64,000 bases of DNA from a virus. This document shows, in pieces, positions 28,414 to 37,504 of the stretch. The notes below the pieces were generated by a model. The model saw only the letters and a program-made list of their open reading frames with translations. It ran no database searches and was not told the DNA's origin. The position numbers and the translations under genes are program-made. Within the stretch, counting starts at the first letter, position 1; each line of letters begins with the position of its first letter. The stretch lies in the IMG/VR virus record IMGVR_UViG_3300027779_000011, positions 64,001 through 128,000 of that record; one strand, written 5' to 3'.

Positions 28414-28701
28414 ATGACTAACAAGAAAGAAATATCTAAAATGCTCTCTAGGAGAACGCTGCTTTCCCAGAGGGAATCACTTCAGGTTGTAGAAGAGGTT
28501 TTCTCAATTATTAAAGAAGAAATAATTAATGGTAATGACGTGTCTATAGTTGGGTTTGGAAAGTTTTATATATACCAGCATGCTTCTAGGCCGGTTAGAA
28601 ATCCAAAAACCCAAGAGAGTATGCTGCTTGAACCATACAGCTGCCTTAGGTTTAAAGTTAGTAATTTAATCAAAAACAACTTAAAGAACTCTGGTGGTTA
28701 G
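28414..28701 (+). CDS. hup: HU/IHF-family DNA-binding protein
   Basis: NKKEI...VSIVGFGKF...RPVRNPKT...LRFKVS. Confidence 0.9.
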   Translation: MTNKKEISKMLSRRTLLSQRESLQVVEEVFSIIKEEIINGNDVSIVGFGKFYIYQHASRPVRNPKTQESMLLEPYSCLRFKVSNLIKNNLKNSGG

Positions 28702-28711
28702 GTATATTTAA

Positions 28712-31700
28712 ATGAGTACTAAAATTACATTTATCGGCCTTGATGGCGATGCCGAACTAGAGGCAATGCTTAGGGACGCTGCATCTTCAGATGGGGAGCC
28801 GACCGGAACGGATGGGGTTGTTATTAATATACAATCCCTGGAAGCAACGTGGAATATAACTTCTGAAAAATGGGACATTGAGTTAATTGTAAAGATATTG
28901 GCAAGCGATGATTCCCTGTGGACTCATTGGCATTACGCAATAAATTCTACTTTTTCTGAGTCAGGAGCGGCTGGCGGATATATGGTTTTGGGCGGCGGCC
29001 TCATAAAGGTTATCTCGTCTGTTAGCCCCGGAGCATATAGCTTTGCAGTCGTAGCTGTAAATGGAGACCATGAAGCTGCAAGCAATGTCGATGTAACAAC
29101 TGTATTATTACCTGTCGATGGGTCTGCAACTGTAATTACCGACGCACTAGGCATAGACGGAGAGGAGACTGTATCTGTAAATCTACTGAGCTTGGCAGAC
29201 GAGCTTGGTATAGACAAAGAAGACCTGGTTGAGGCGATAGTTGCGTCAACATCTGTAGACACAGAGGTCACATCTGGAACACCACTTGTTGGTGGAAAGA
29301 CTTATTATAAAAATGCGGAAACAATAGTTACATCACAAGTAGCTAATGCATGGTTTGGTGGCGAGCGCAACCAACCATCATCCATTGGGCTTCCCTCCAA
29401 TGACCCGAAGGTTATAGGAATAGTACATGACGGGAGCCTAAGTCTGGATGGGCATGCTGAAAAAATTATGCTTACAACCAGCGCCAACATAAGGGGCAAG
29501 TTGCCTCATGTGAATCTATCTGCTCAGGGTGATATTGATGGCCCGGCTGTATTTAAGGCAAACGTAAAAACATGGCCAGCGTCAGAATATGTTGGTAAAG
29601 CTATTCCTGAAATTGATGCGTCAACTGGAGAGTATTACCTAGATTTATCACTTCTTAGGGCTGAGTTGGAAGATATGAGTGGAGGAGCTTTTGAGGAGTA
29701 TCCCGATTTTTCCACAACTCTATTTGAAGAAATAAGTAGCGTGCAGTCCGAGATAACCTTAACGGACGGGTTAAGCTTTCCAGATTCCGGTTATGTAAAG
29801 ATCGAAGAAGAGTTTATACTTTATACCGGAAAGACCGGAGATGACATACTTACAGGGTGTGTGAGAGGGATTTTGCCAAGCGCCGCGCCCACAGAGCATT
29901 CAGAGGGAACTGTAGTAAGAAGTATTCCGGACGTTATTAAAACCGTGCATGAAAAATATACCGATATTGTTATATCGGCAAATGTTGATGAGAGACTAGA
30001 CTTTGTGTTCGGGTCCTCCTCACCAGAGTTTTCAGCAGACACCTTTACACATAGGAACAGGTTCTTGTTTGACAAGCATAACGCGGCATTTAGAGCTGGC
30101 ACAGTAACAGGCACCTATTGGAACGCCGCCCACAGGGGTATTGCGTCTGCGGCGTTTGGTTATAATGGGGTTGCAAAGGGAGACGCGACGTTCGTAGCCG
30201 GTGCTTTTAACTACGCGGAGACTCCAGGTTCTGTGGTCATGGGGTTTGGAAGTTCGATTTGGGAGGGGGATGAAGAATCTAGCACCACTAGCCTTGGTGT
30301 AGCATCCTCTTCAAACACTATAACTGGTGGAGAGTATAACGACATTTATAATGGATACGGCTCCGGAGCTCTCTCTGGTGCAATAAACTGGGTTGACTTT
30401 TCAAGGTCTTCCGCTATTGTGTCTGGTGAGAAAAACTGGATTAGAGGCTCTTGTGATGAGAGGGTTAATTATTCGTTTATAGGTTCTGGGTATCAAAATA
30501 TAATAAACTTCTCCAATGGTTCCGGAATAGTTGCTGGAGATGAAAATATTATTGGTGGAGAGTCAACGGGTTCTTTTATAGGAGCTGGGGAGAATAATAA
30601 CATCCTCACAAATGAGGATGCCACAACTTCTTCTGGCCTTAAAAACGTGCTTAAAAATAGGGACAAGCTAATAGAAAATTCCCCATTCGCTCCCGGCGTG
30701 CTTGCGGATAGGTGGACTTGCGAGGATGATGACGGATATGGGAGATCGGAAAGAAGAAAGAAAATGAAAGATTCCGGTTCTAGTTACTTTGGTACTTCAT
30801 TCAACTCAGTTATAGGTGGTGGAAAGGAAAACACCATTGTCAACGCAGACCAGTCTTTTGTGGGCGGTGGAGATGAAAATATAATATCGGTATCAAGAAG
30901 CTCATCTATACTCGGAGGAGAGAATAATTCGATTGAGCCATATATTATCATCACAGGCCCCTTCGGAACTGGTTTTCACAGGTCATTCTCGATATCCCCA
31001 AGTTATGTCTCGGCAATAGTCGGAGGAAGAGATAACTTCATAATGGCAGACGCAAGCGCATCCACGATTGTAGGAGGTGTTGCGAACACCATAGTTGAAT
31101 CCGAGGTTGGGTTGCTATTCGGAAAGGATAATGCATCTCGAAAGACTCCGACAACAGAGGTTGTCACAAGGTTTACTCATACAACAGGTTACGCGGCAAA
31201 ATCTAATTTATACGGGCAGCACGCTCATGCTTCCGGCGGCTTTTATTCTGCAGGAGGAAGCACATCTAAGAGTGGAGCAAAATACGTTAAGCACACTTCT
31301 TCTCAAACAAGAAAGCTGATGGGCTATGAGGATCTTAGCAAAACTTCTGGATTCTTGAGAACCAAGGATGCTTCGTCAGATGTTTTATTGCAAAAAGTAA
31401 TAAACCAGGACGCCAAAGATATATCCGATGAAAGGGAGTTTGCCGAACAGGTTGGCTCTAAAAAGTCAGATATTATTAAAGCGGGACAGGCAAAGTATAT
31501 AAGCAAAGTAATGGAGTCTGATCCAGACCCAACAACTGAAAGCATTTGGAGCTCTAACTCTGATATGCACATTGGGTCGGCTCAGACATCTGTTCTAACA
31601 CTTAGGAGAGAGGTTACCTTTGGAGACTTTCTTACTCAGATTAACCCTCCGATGCTTTTTGGAGAAGAAACCGAAAAGGTCGGATATGGATTTCAGGAGG

Positions 31701-33787
31701 TAAAGACATTCTCCACTTCTAACTCTGGTCCTAAATTTCTTATATTCACAAGAACCTTAGATAGGGATGAGAAGGGGAGCCATGAGAGCAAGACGTTTGA
31801 TAGCTGGTATCACTCACCCTCCAGCTATTTGAGTGATAGCCAGGGAAATGGCCTGCCTCTAACTGCAGATTATAGTTCTCGCGGTTCAGTCAGCGGCCTT
31901 CCTAGGCAGTCAGCAGAATTCCAATGGCTTCAGATATCTGATGTGCATCTTAATAGGGCGTATAAAATTCCAGCAGTTGGATTTTCTTCTTTCACCTGGG
32001 ATTGGCTAGAACGCCTTCTATCTTGGACAGAATCTATGTTCCCAGCTCACCATGGCGTCACTGGAGGAGTAAGGAGTAATGGGGGGCTGAACTTCGAAAA
32101 AGTGCTCAAGGGCCTGATCCCCTCGGCTAGCGACCCGTACGGAAACCCTATTTCGAGCCATACAGGTGTACCTATTAAGAGAATTACTAACGCGTGGAAT
32201 GGAGGGTTTTCCCCATTAACTGGATTACCCGATCTAAGTGAAGACGGATTGTCGGGGATCGTTGATGGCGTTACTCTGACTGACAGAACAATAAGCCTTG
32301 GAGATGACCTAATACTTCACCCGGTTGGCAAGGGAACGATTATCAGCAAGCTATCTGGAGCAGGTGATGAATATGCAACCCCCCTGACTATTATCATCAC
32401 TGAGGATATGTTCGATGCCGCTGCTGCTGGTGAGGATGGATATTTTTATTCTGCCAATTCAGATGGAACTTATACATTTTATTACAGATGCATAGATATG
32501 AAATATGACTTAGGTAAGGGTTACCCCTCGGAAGCAGATTTTGAGGCTATGGATAGAGTGCGGGTTGGAACCGCCCTCCAGGCTCAGTCTGATCAGGTTA
32601 GGACTGCAGATACATTTGAGATAATGGAGATAGGTCAGGGTTACAATATTGATAAGTTTTATATACCTTTTGAAAATGAAGTTGAGGATGAAGAGGATAT
32701 TACAAACTCTAGTGAGTTTGAGCTATTTTTGAGTGATCCTGAGTTTGCACAAGTTTTGGAAGTTGAGCCATTTTCTGTTTGGGCGTTTAGTATTACTGCG
32801 GTGGTAACTACACACAATACATCTTATGATGATGCAACGATGCATACTGCATTTGGTGGAAACAGGGGGATGCTTAGAACTGCAGTAATGAAGGCATGTG
32901 GAGGTATATCATATCCGGGGCTTCATAGTGGAGAATATGGTGACACAATCGACCTAACATCTGCGGTAGTGTTCTCCAATGATGAGAACGGCTTTGATAA
33001 GACCACGTATTCAGATGGTGCGCCGTCTTCAGGAGTAAATTCTCCAATTATGGTCAGCGGAACATCTGGAAATTATATGGATAACTATATGGATAACGAT
33101 GATGACGCCGGGTTTTATCTAAAAGTTGATGCGGGATCAACCGCAATTCCGTTTGGTGCAATGTCTTTTGCTCCATCTCATAAGGATTATTTGAGGTTGA
33201 TAATCGGAACAAGGCATCCGTGCAGGGTGGTGGCTAGGGTTGAGCTAACTCAGATATCAGGTATAGAGTCTTTTGTTGAAGACTACGAACTAGTATATCT
33301 TAAGTCCCAGGAAGAGAAGGTGGCTGGGGGCAAGACCCCAACATCTGTTATTGAAAAGGCGATTGACGAAATTAATGATAGCACTATTTTGGAAATAGAG
33401 GATTTCGATATACAGGAAGCTTCTGTTATAGCGAAAGGCAAACAGTTTGCTGACCTAACATCTAAAGAGCTTAAGAAGATTGTCACAATCGTTGATGCGA
33501 CAAAGGGTGCTTTGATAACATCAGATATTGAGTATGATGTACTTACTGTTGATTCTGTAAATGATAGCATAGAGCAGTATGGATTAGACACTGTAACACA
33601 GAAAGAGTTAGAGACTGCCTCGCTAGAAAGCGCAACCCTCGGTACAAGTATGGACACTTCAATTGATAAAGTGTCTCAAGATATCTCTGCAGAAATAGAC
33701 GCCTCAGTAGAGGCTCTCGGGGTTGACTTGAAAACAGATGCCAGCCTCAATGCTTATTTGGATAATAAAAATACTAAGCTATATTAA
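28712..33787 (+). CDS. Tail fibre/adhesin-like virion protein with YadA-head-like beta-roll repeats
   Basis: 1691 aa; FPDSGYVKIEEEFILYTG...LTGCVRG module; AAFRAG..G..W motif; many S-x-I-x-[GA]G-x-x-N-x-I repeats at about 30300-31100. Confidence 0.7.
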   Translation: MSTKITFIGLDGDAELEAMLRDAASSDGEPTGTDGVVINIQSLEATWNITSEKWDIELIVKILASDDSLWTHWHYAINSTFSESGAAGGYMVLGGGLIKVISSVSPGAYSFAVVAVNGDHEAASNVDVTTVLLPVDGSATVITDALGIDGEETVSVNLLSLADELGIDKEDLVEAIVASTSVDTEVTSGTPLVGGKTYYKNAETIVTSQVANAWFGGERNQPSSIGLPSNDPKVIGIVHDGSLSLDGHAEKIMLTTSANIRGKLPHVNLSAQGDIDGPAVFKANVKTWPASEYVGKAIPEIDASTGEYYLDLSLLRAELEDMSGGAFEEYPDFSTTLFEEISSVQSEITLTDGLSFPDSGYVKIEEEFILYTGKTGDDILTGCVRGILPSAAPTEHSEGTVVRSIPDVIKTVHEKYTDIVISANVDERLDFVFGSSSPEFSADTFTHRNRFLFDKHNAAFRAGTVTGTYWNAAHRGIASAAFGYNGVAKGDATFVAGAFNYAETPGSVVMGFGSSIWEGDEESSTTSLGVASSSNTITGGEYNDIYNGYGSGALSGAINWVDFSRSSAIVSGEKNWIRGSCDERVNYSFIGSGYQNIINFSNGSGIVAGDENIIGGESTGSFIGAGENNNILTNEDATTSSGLKNVLKNRDKLIENSPFAPGVLADRWTCEDDDGYGRSERRKKMKDSGSSYFGTSFNSVIGGGKENTIVNADQSFVGGGDENIISVSRSSSILGGENNSIEPYIIITGPFGTGFHRSFSISPSYVSAIVGGRDNFIMADASASTIVGGVANTIVESEVGLLFGKDNASRKTPTTEVVTRFTHTTGYAAKSNLYGQHAHASGGFYSAGGSTSKSGAKYVKHTSSQTRKLMGYEDLSKTSGFLRTKDASSDVLLQKVINQDAKDISDEREFAEQVGSKKSDIIKAGQAKYISKVMESDPDPTTESIWSSNSDMHIGSAQTSVLTLRREVTFGDFLTQINPPMLFGEETEKVGYGFQEVKTFSTSNSGPKFLIFTRTLDRDEKGSHESKTFDSWYHSPSSYLSDSQGNGLPLTADYSSRGSVSGLPRQSAEFQWLQISDVHLNRAYKIPAVGFSSFTWDWLERLLSWTESMFPAHHGVTGGVRSNGGLNFEKVLKGLIPSASDPYGNPISSHTGVPIKRITNAWNGGFSPLTGLPDLSEDGLSGIVDGVTLTDRTISLGDDLILHPVGKGTIISKLSGAGDEYATPLTIIITEDMFDAAAAGEDGYFYSANSDGTYTFYYRCIDMKYDLGKGYPSEADFEAMDRVRVGTALQAQSDQVRTADTFEIMEIGQGYNIDKFYIPFENEVEDEEDITNSSEFELFLSDPEFAQVLEVEPFSVWAFSITAVVTTHNTSYDDATMHTAFGGNRGMLRTAVMKACGGISYPGLHSGEYGDTIDLTSAVVFSNDENGFDKTTYSDGAPSSGVNSPIMVSGTSGNYMDNYMDNDDDAGFYLKVDAGSTAIPFGAMSFAPSHKDYLRLIIGTRHPCRVVARVELTQISGIESFVEDYELVYLKSQEEKVAGGKTPTSVIEKAIDEINDSTILEIEDFDIQEASVIAKGKQFADLTSKELKKIVTIVDATKGALITSDIEYDVLTVDSVNDSIEQYGLDTVTQKELETASLESATLGTSMDTSIDKVSQDISAEIDASVEALGVDLKTDASLNAYLDNKNTKLY

Positions 33788-33833
33788 ATTATAATTTTAC
33801 AATTAGCCTTTTTATTCTATCGTATAATTGTGG

Positions 33834-34178
33834 GTGGCTACTTTGGATGCATACTTGATACTCGGATGTAATGGAAATATTGACCCCGATGGGTTTTTAT
33901 ATTGTTCGGAAACATGCAACATTGTTATAGACCTGGCGGAGCCAGTATTCATTGGAGATGACAATCTTTTGGATTTTTTAGATGAAACGTGCAGGCTATT
34001 TGACAATCCAGAGTATAATTATAACGCTTGTATAAATATGATAACGATGCTATATCGAGACTACGAGTGTTTCGATGAGGATTTCTTGCACAAGCTTCAG
34101 TTTTATTTCAGAAACCATCGAAGTTGCGGTGTATATATAATGTTAATGACAAAGGAGGATTTTGATAATGTCAGATAA
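33834..34178 (+). CDS. Hypothetical protein
   Basis: About 114 aa with Cys/His residues; GTG start 5 nt after TATAAT. Confidence 0.6.
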   Translation: MATLDAYLILGCNGNIDPDGFLYCSETCNIVIDLAEPVFIGDDNLLDFLDETCRLFDNPEYNYNACINMITMLYRDYECFDEDFLHKLQFYFRNHRSCGVYIMLMTKEDFDNVR

Positions 34179-34518
34179 AGTTTCACTTCCGGGGGGATCT
34201 AAGTACTTGGATTCGAAGAAAAGAACGGCTAAGGATAAGATAACTGACGCGTTTGATGGCTTTAAGTCTTTGCTTTCGGATAAGACTCATCCGGATAACC
34301 AGACTACTGCTTATCATAATAATGTCGTATCTATCCTAAACCGCCTCCTTGTATCTGCAGATGAGTTGGATGACTCAAACCCAGGCGAGGGTATCTTTGG
34401 GCTAATAATTTTAAGCCTAAGGTCCTCTCTGAAGTTAAAAGATGAAATCATAAAGGTAGAGGTCGAAAATAGGGAGCTCAGGATTGAGATAGAAAAGCTT
34501 AAAAAAAGAAATAGTTAA
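34168..34518 (+). CDS. Hypothetical protein with C-terminal coiled coil
   Basis: AGGAGG RBS before ATG 34168. Confidence 0.7.
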   Translation: MSDKVSLPGGSKYLDSKKRTAKDKITDAFDGFKSLLSDKTHPDNQTTAYHNNVVSILNRLLVSADELDDSNPGEGIFGLIILSLRSSLKLKDEIIKVEVENRELRIEIEKLKKRNS

Positions 34519-34697
34519 TGCAGGATAATATAAAAAATAAACTCATAAGGAAGATTTCCGAAATGTCTAAAAAGATTAGGGGCGTTGAGGATTTTTCTAA
34601 AAAAGTTGGAGTTAGCACAGATAGTGATGTCTACTATGCTTCTTTGAGGTCATATAAGGCAGCCCTTGAGGACATATTGCACAGTATAAAGGAGTAA
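34518..34697 (+). CDS. Small hypothetical protein (59 aa, not in ORF track)
   Basis: TAATG coupling; MQDNIKNKLIRKISEMSKK...EDILHSIKE; fills the gap up to the FtsK start. Confidence 0.6.
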   Translation: MQDNIKNKLIRKISEMSKKIRGVEDFSKKVGVSTDSDVYYASLRSYKAALEDILHSIKE

Positions 34698-34698
34698 A

Positions 34699-35790
34699 AT
34701 GCTTGTTGAAAAAGTAGTTGATATATTTGAAACTAGAAAAGAAGAAAGGATGTTTCATGTTCTGAGGTCCTTTGGAGTGGCATGTGATGCCATTTCTTTA
34801 AACGAAAAGGAATATTTTGATATTTATGACATAAGGTTGTCCAGGGGTGTGAAACATTCTAAACTAGAAAAGCTATTGGTTGATATCGGACTCTCTATAT
34901 CCGCCCACTGCACACCAAAGGGCTCTGCTGTTATGAGGGACGGCATATACAGAATAGAGGTACAGACCAAGGAGATTGACAGCCCTACGTTTTCAGATAT
35001 ATACAGTAGAATGAATCGTAATTTGTATATGCCGATTAGTCTTGGTACTACAATTTCTGGTGATTATCTGGTTAAAGATTTAAATAGCCTTCCGAATCTT
35101 TTAATCGCGGGGATTCCAGGCTCTGGAAAGAGTATGATGCTACACTCAATAATATTGAGTTTAATGTCAAAAAATTGTGACATACATCTGGCTGATCCCA
35201 AGATGGTTGAATTTGGAATGTATGAAAGAATGAGTTCCGTATCCTCTGTGGAAAACTCAGTAGAAGACATATCAGAGAGGATCGAGGCTATAAGGCAAGA
35301 GATGGATGCGAGGTTTATATTATTGAAAAAATATGGATGCAGAAACGTTCATGAGTTTAATGATAGAGGTTCTAAAAAACATATGAAGCCTATTGTTTTG
35401 ATTATCGATGAGTGGGCGGATATCTTCCTACAGGATAAAAAGATAGAAAAGCCTCTGTGTTTTATAGCACAAAAAGGTCGCGCTGCTGGTGTATCAATTG
35501 TGTTGGCAACACAGAGGCCATCCTCCAATGTGATATCTGGGCTGATAAAGGCAAACTTTTCTGGTAGGATAGCATTAAAGACCACTTCTGCGATAGACAG
35601 CAGGGTTATTTTAGATAGAACTGGTGCGGAGAAAATTCTTGATATAGGAACTGGTATATATGTTGATCACACAACTCCATCGCCAGTTATGTTCAGGTCT
35701 CCATATATAGAGAGTATTCCGCTAGAGATAGAGAGATGTGGGTATGATGACGGATGTAATAAACCATTTTGGAAAAAGTTCTGGACTTGA
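34699..35790 (+). CDS. ftsK: FtsK/SpoIIIE-family DNA translocase, motor domain only
   Basis: PNLLIAGIPGSGKS, DPKMVEF, EMDARF, IIDEWAD, KGRAAG..IVLATQRPS, DSRVILD.TGAEK; no N-terminal TM or gamma domain. Confidence 0.9.
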   Translation: MLVEKVVDIFETRKEERMFHVLRSFGVACDAISLNEKEYFDIYDIRLSRGVKHSKLEKLLVDIGLSISAHCTPKGSAVMRDGIYRIEVQTKEIDSPTFSDIYSRMNRNLYMPISLGTTISGDYLVKDLNSLPNLLIAGIPGSGKSMMLHSIILSLMSKNCDIHLADPKMVEFGMYERMSSVSSVENSVEDISERIEAIRQEMDARFILLKKYGCRNVHEFNDRGSKKHMKPIVLIIDEWADIFLQDKKIEKPLCFIAQKGRAAGVSIVLATQRPSSNVISGLIKANFSGRIALKTTSAIDSRVILDRTGAEKILDIGTGIYVDHTTPSPVMFRSPYIESIPLEIERCGYDDGCNKPFWKKFWT

Positions 35791-35792
35791 TT

Positions 35793-36332
35793 ATGAAAAG
35801 AGCTTCGAAGCAAGACATTTTAGATAACATAAGTATAAAAGACATAGCCCGTGAGAACTCCATTGGTCTTGAGTCTATTCTTAGTGGGAACTTTACGCAC
35901 CGATGCCGGTGCCCGTCAAAGGATCATAAGCATGGTCTTGAGAGAACAAGCTCACTATACATTGATTCTGTTAATAATAATTTTTACTGCTTTGGCTGCA
36001 CTTCATCATCAAACGTAATAGACTTTCATATGCTATGTAAGGATGTTACTTTTTCGGACGCAATCTTGGAACTTGGGAAAAGGATCGATGTAGAGTTAAT
36101 AAAGCCAAGAAAGTTTCACATAGTAAAAAATAACTTTTCTATATTTGTTGAAATTTCAAAAGCAATAAGGGGTTATATAATGTCCAATAAGAAAGACATG
36201 CTGTGGGTAGACAAGCTATGCGAGAGGGTTGATCTGTACTATGAAAAAATTGGCTACGAGGACATACTCTCCGCTAGAAAAATACTATCGAATGTTAAAG
36301 ATGCAATATCAAAAAGGGAGGGTCTAAGATGA
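35793..36332 (+). CDS. Stand-alone CHC2 zinc-finger (primase Zn-binding) protein
   Basis: CPSKDH...ERTSSLYID..NNFYCFGC...NVIDF.M....TFSDAI.EL. Confidence 0.82.
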   Translation: MKRASKQDILDNISIKDIARENSIGLESILSGNFTHRCRCPSKDHKHGLERTSSLYIDSVNNNFYCFGCTSSSNVIDFHMLCKDVTFSDAILELGKRIDVELIKPRKFHIVKNNFSIFVEISKAIRGYIMSNKKDMLWVDKLCERVDLYYEKIGYEDILSARKILSNVKDAISKREGLR

Positions 36333-37504
36333 GGGTCGTTATTTGCGGAGACAGTCATATAGGCGCAACGTTTGGGCTGGGCAAATCCAATGGGTCTGGT
36401 GGAAATACAAGGGTTGATGATTATGAAAAAAGTCTTAATTATATTGTAGATTACTGTATATCAGAAGGTGTTGACGCATTTGTTCAAACCGGAGACATGT
36501 TCGAGTCAAGGTCACCCTCTCCAGAGCATATGGATATTGTTGATAGCGCTCTTAAGAAGTTGTCTGATGCAAATATAACAAGCGTAGTTATAATGGGTAA
36601 TCACGATTATAGAAGGTCTGGAGATTCGTTCACTAGCGCAATATCTTCATTGCCGGCAAAAAACTATCCAAACGTTAGGCTAGTTCTTGAGCCTCAAAAC
36701 ATTCTAATATCAAATGACTTAGGAGAGGGCGTGAATGTAGTTCTTATTCCATATAGGGATAGAAGGATGTATGATGGTGAAAACATAAGAGAGCAGTCTC
36801 AAAATTATAATATTCACATTAAGTCAATTATTGATTCGATATCGAATAAGCATCCAATAATGTCGGTCGGCCACAATTTCTTTTACGAGGGAAGCTATAA
36901 CGACTATGGCGGAACTGAGATATTAGCGGGGGTAAATGTTTTTTCAGACTGCAATCTTGCTGTCATGGGCCACCTGCATACTTTTAGAGAGCTTTCGTGT
37001 AAAAGCACAAAGGCTATATATATTGGCTCCATGGAGAAGGTCAACTTTGGTGATGAGAATATAGATAAGTTTTTCATAGACTACTGCTCTAAGGGGGATA
37101 TCGCTAGATATAAAAAGGTACCAGCACGAGAGCTGCTGTCTATTGACATAGACTTGCGTGACTGTGATGTATCAAATATAAATACCTCTATCGAAGAAAG
37201 GCTGAAGTCTTTAAATGTGGATAATAAGATAGTAAAAATAAAAACAACAATAAGTGAGCAATTACTGTCATCTATAAACAAAAATTCTATAGAGAAGATG
37301 GCGTATTCCTTTGGGGCGTTTGTAGTATCAAGAGTTGCGATAGAGACCATAGCCTCTAGGATTGTTAGAGATACTTCGATACTTTCCAAAAATGATGATT
37401 TTTCAATGTTCAAAGCCTTTGTTGAGGCTCAGAGTTTAGGTAAAAGGACAAAAGAAAGTATTTTGTCCGAGGCTAAAATAATTATGAATGATAAGGATGG
37501 TTAA
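36329..37504 (+). CDS. sbcD: SbcD/Mre11 (gp47-like) nuclease
   Basis: GDSHIG, TGDMFE, MGNHD, GH, MGHLH, YIGS.E..NFGDE. Confidence 0.92.
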   Translation: MRVVICGDSHIGATFGLGKSNGSGGNTRVDDYEKSLNYIVDYCISEGVDAFVQTGDMFESRSPSPEHMDIVDSALKKLSDANITSVVIMGNHDYRRSGDSFTSAISSLPAKNYPNVRLVLEPQNILISNDLGEGVNVVLIPYRDRRMYDGENIREQSQNYNIHIKSIIDSISNKHPIMSVGHNFFYEGSYNDYGGTEILAGVNVFSDCNLAVMGHLHTFRELSCKSTKAIYIGSMEKVNFGDENIDKFFIDYCSKGDIARYKKVPARELLSIDIDLRDCDVSNINTSIEERLKSLNVDNKIVKIKTTISEQLLSSINKNSIEKMAYSFGAFVVSRVAIETIASRIVRDTSILSKNDDFSMFKAFVEAQSLGKRTKESILSEAKIIMNDKDG

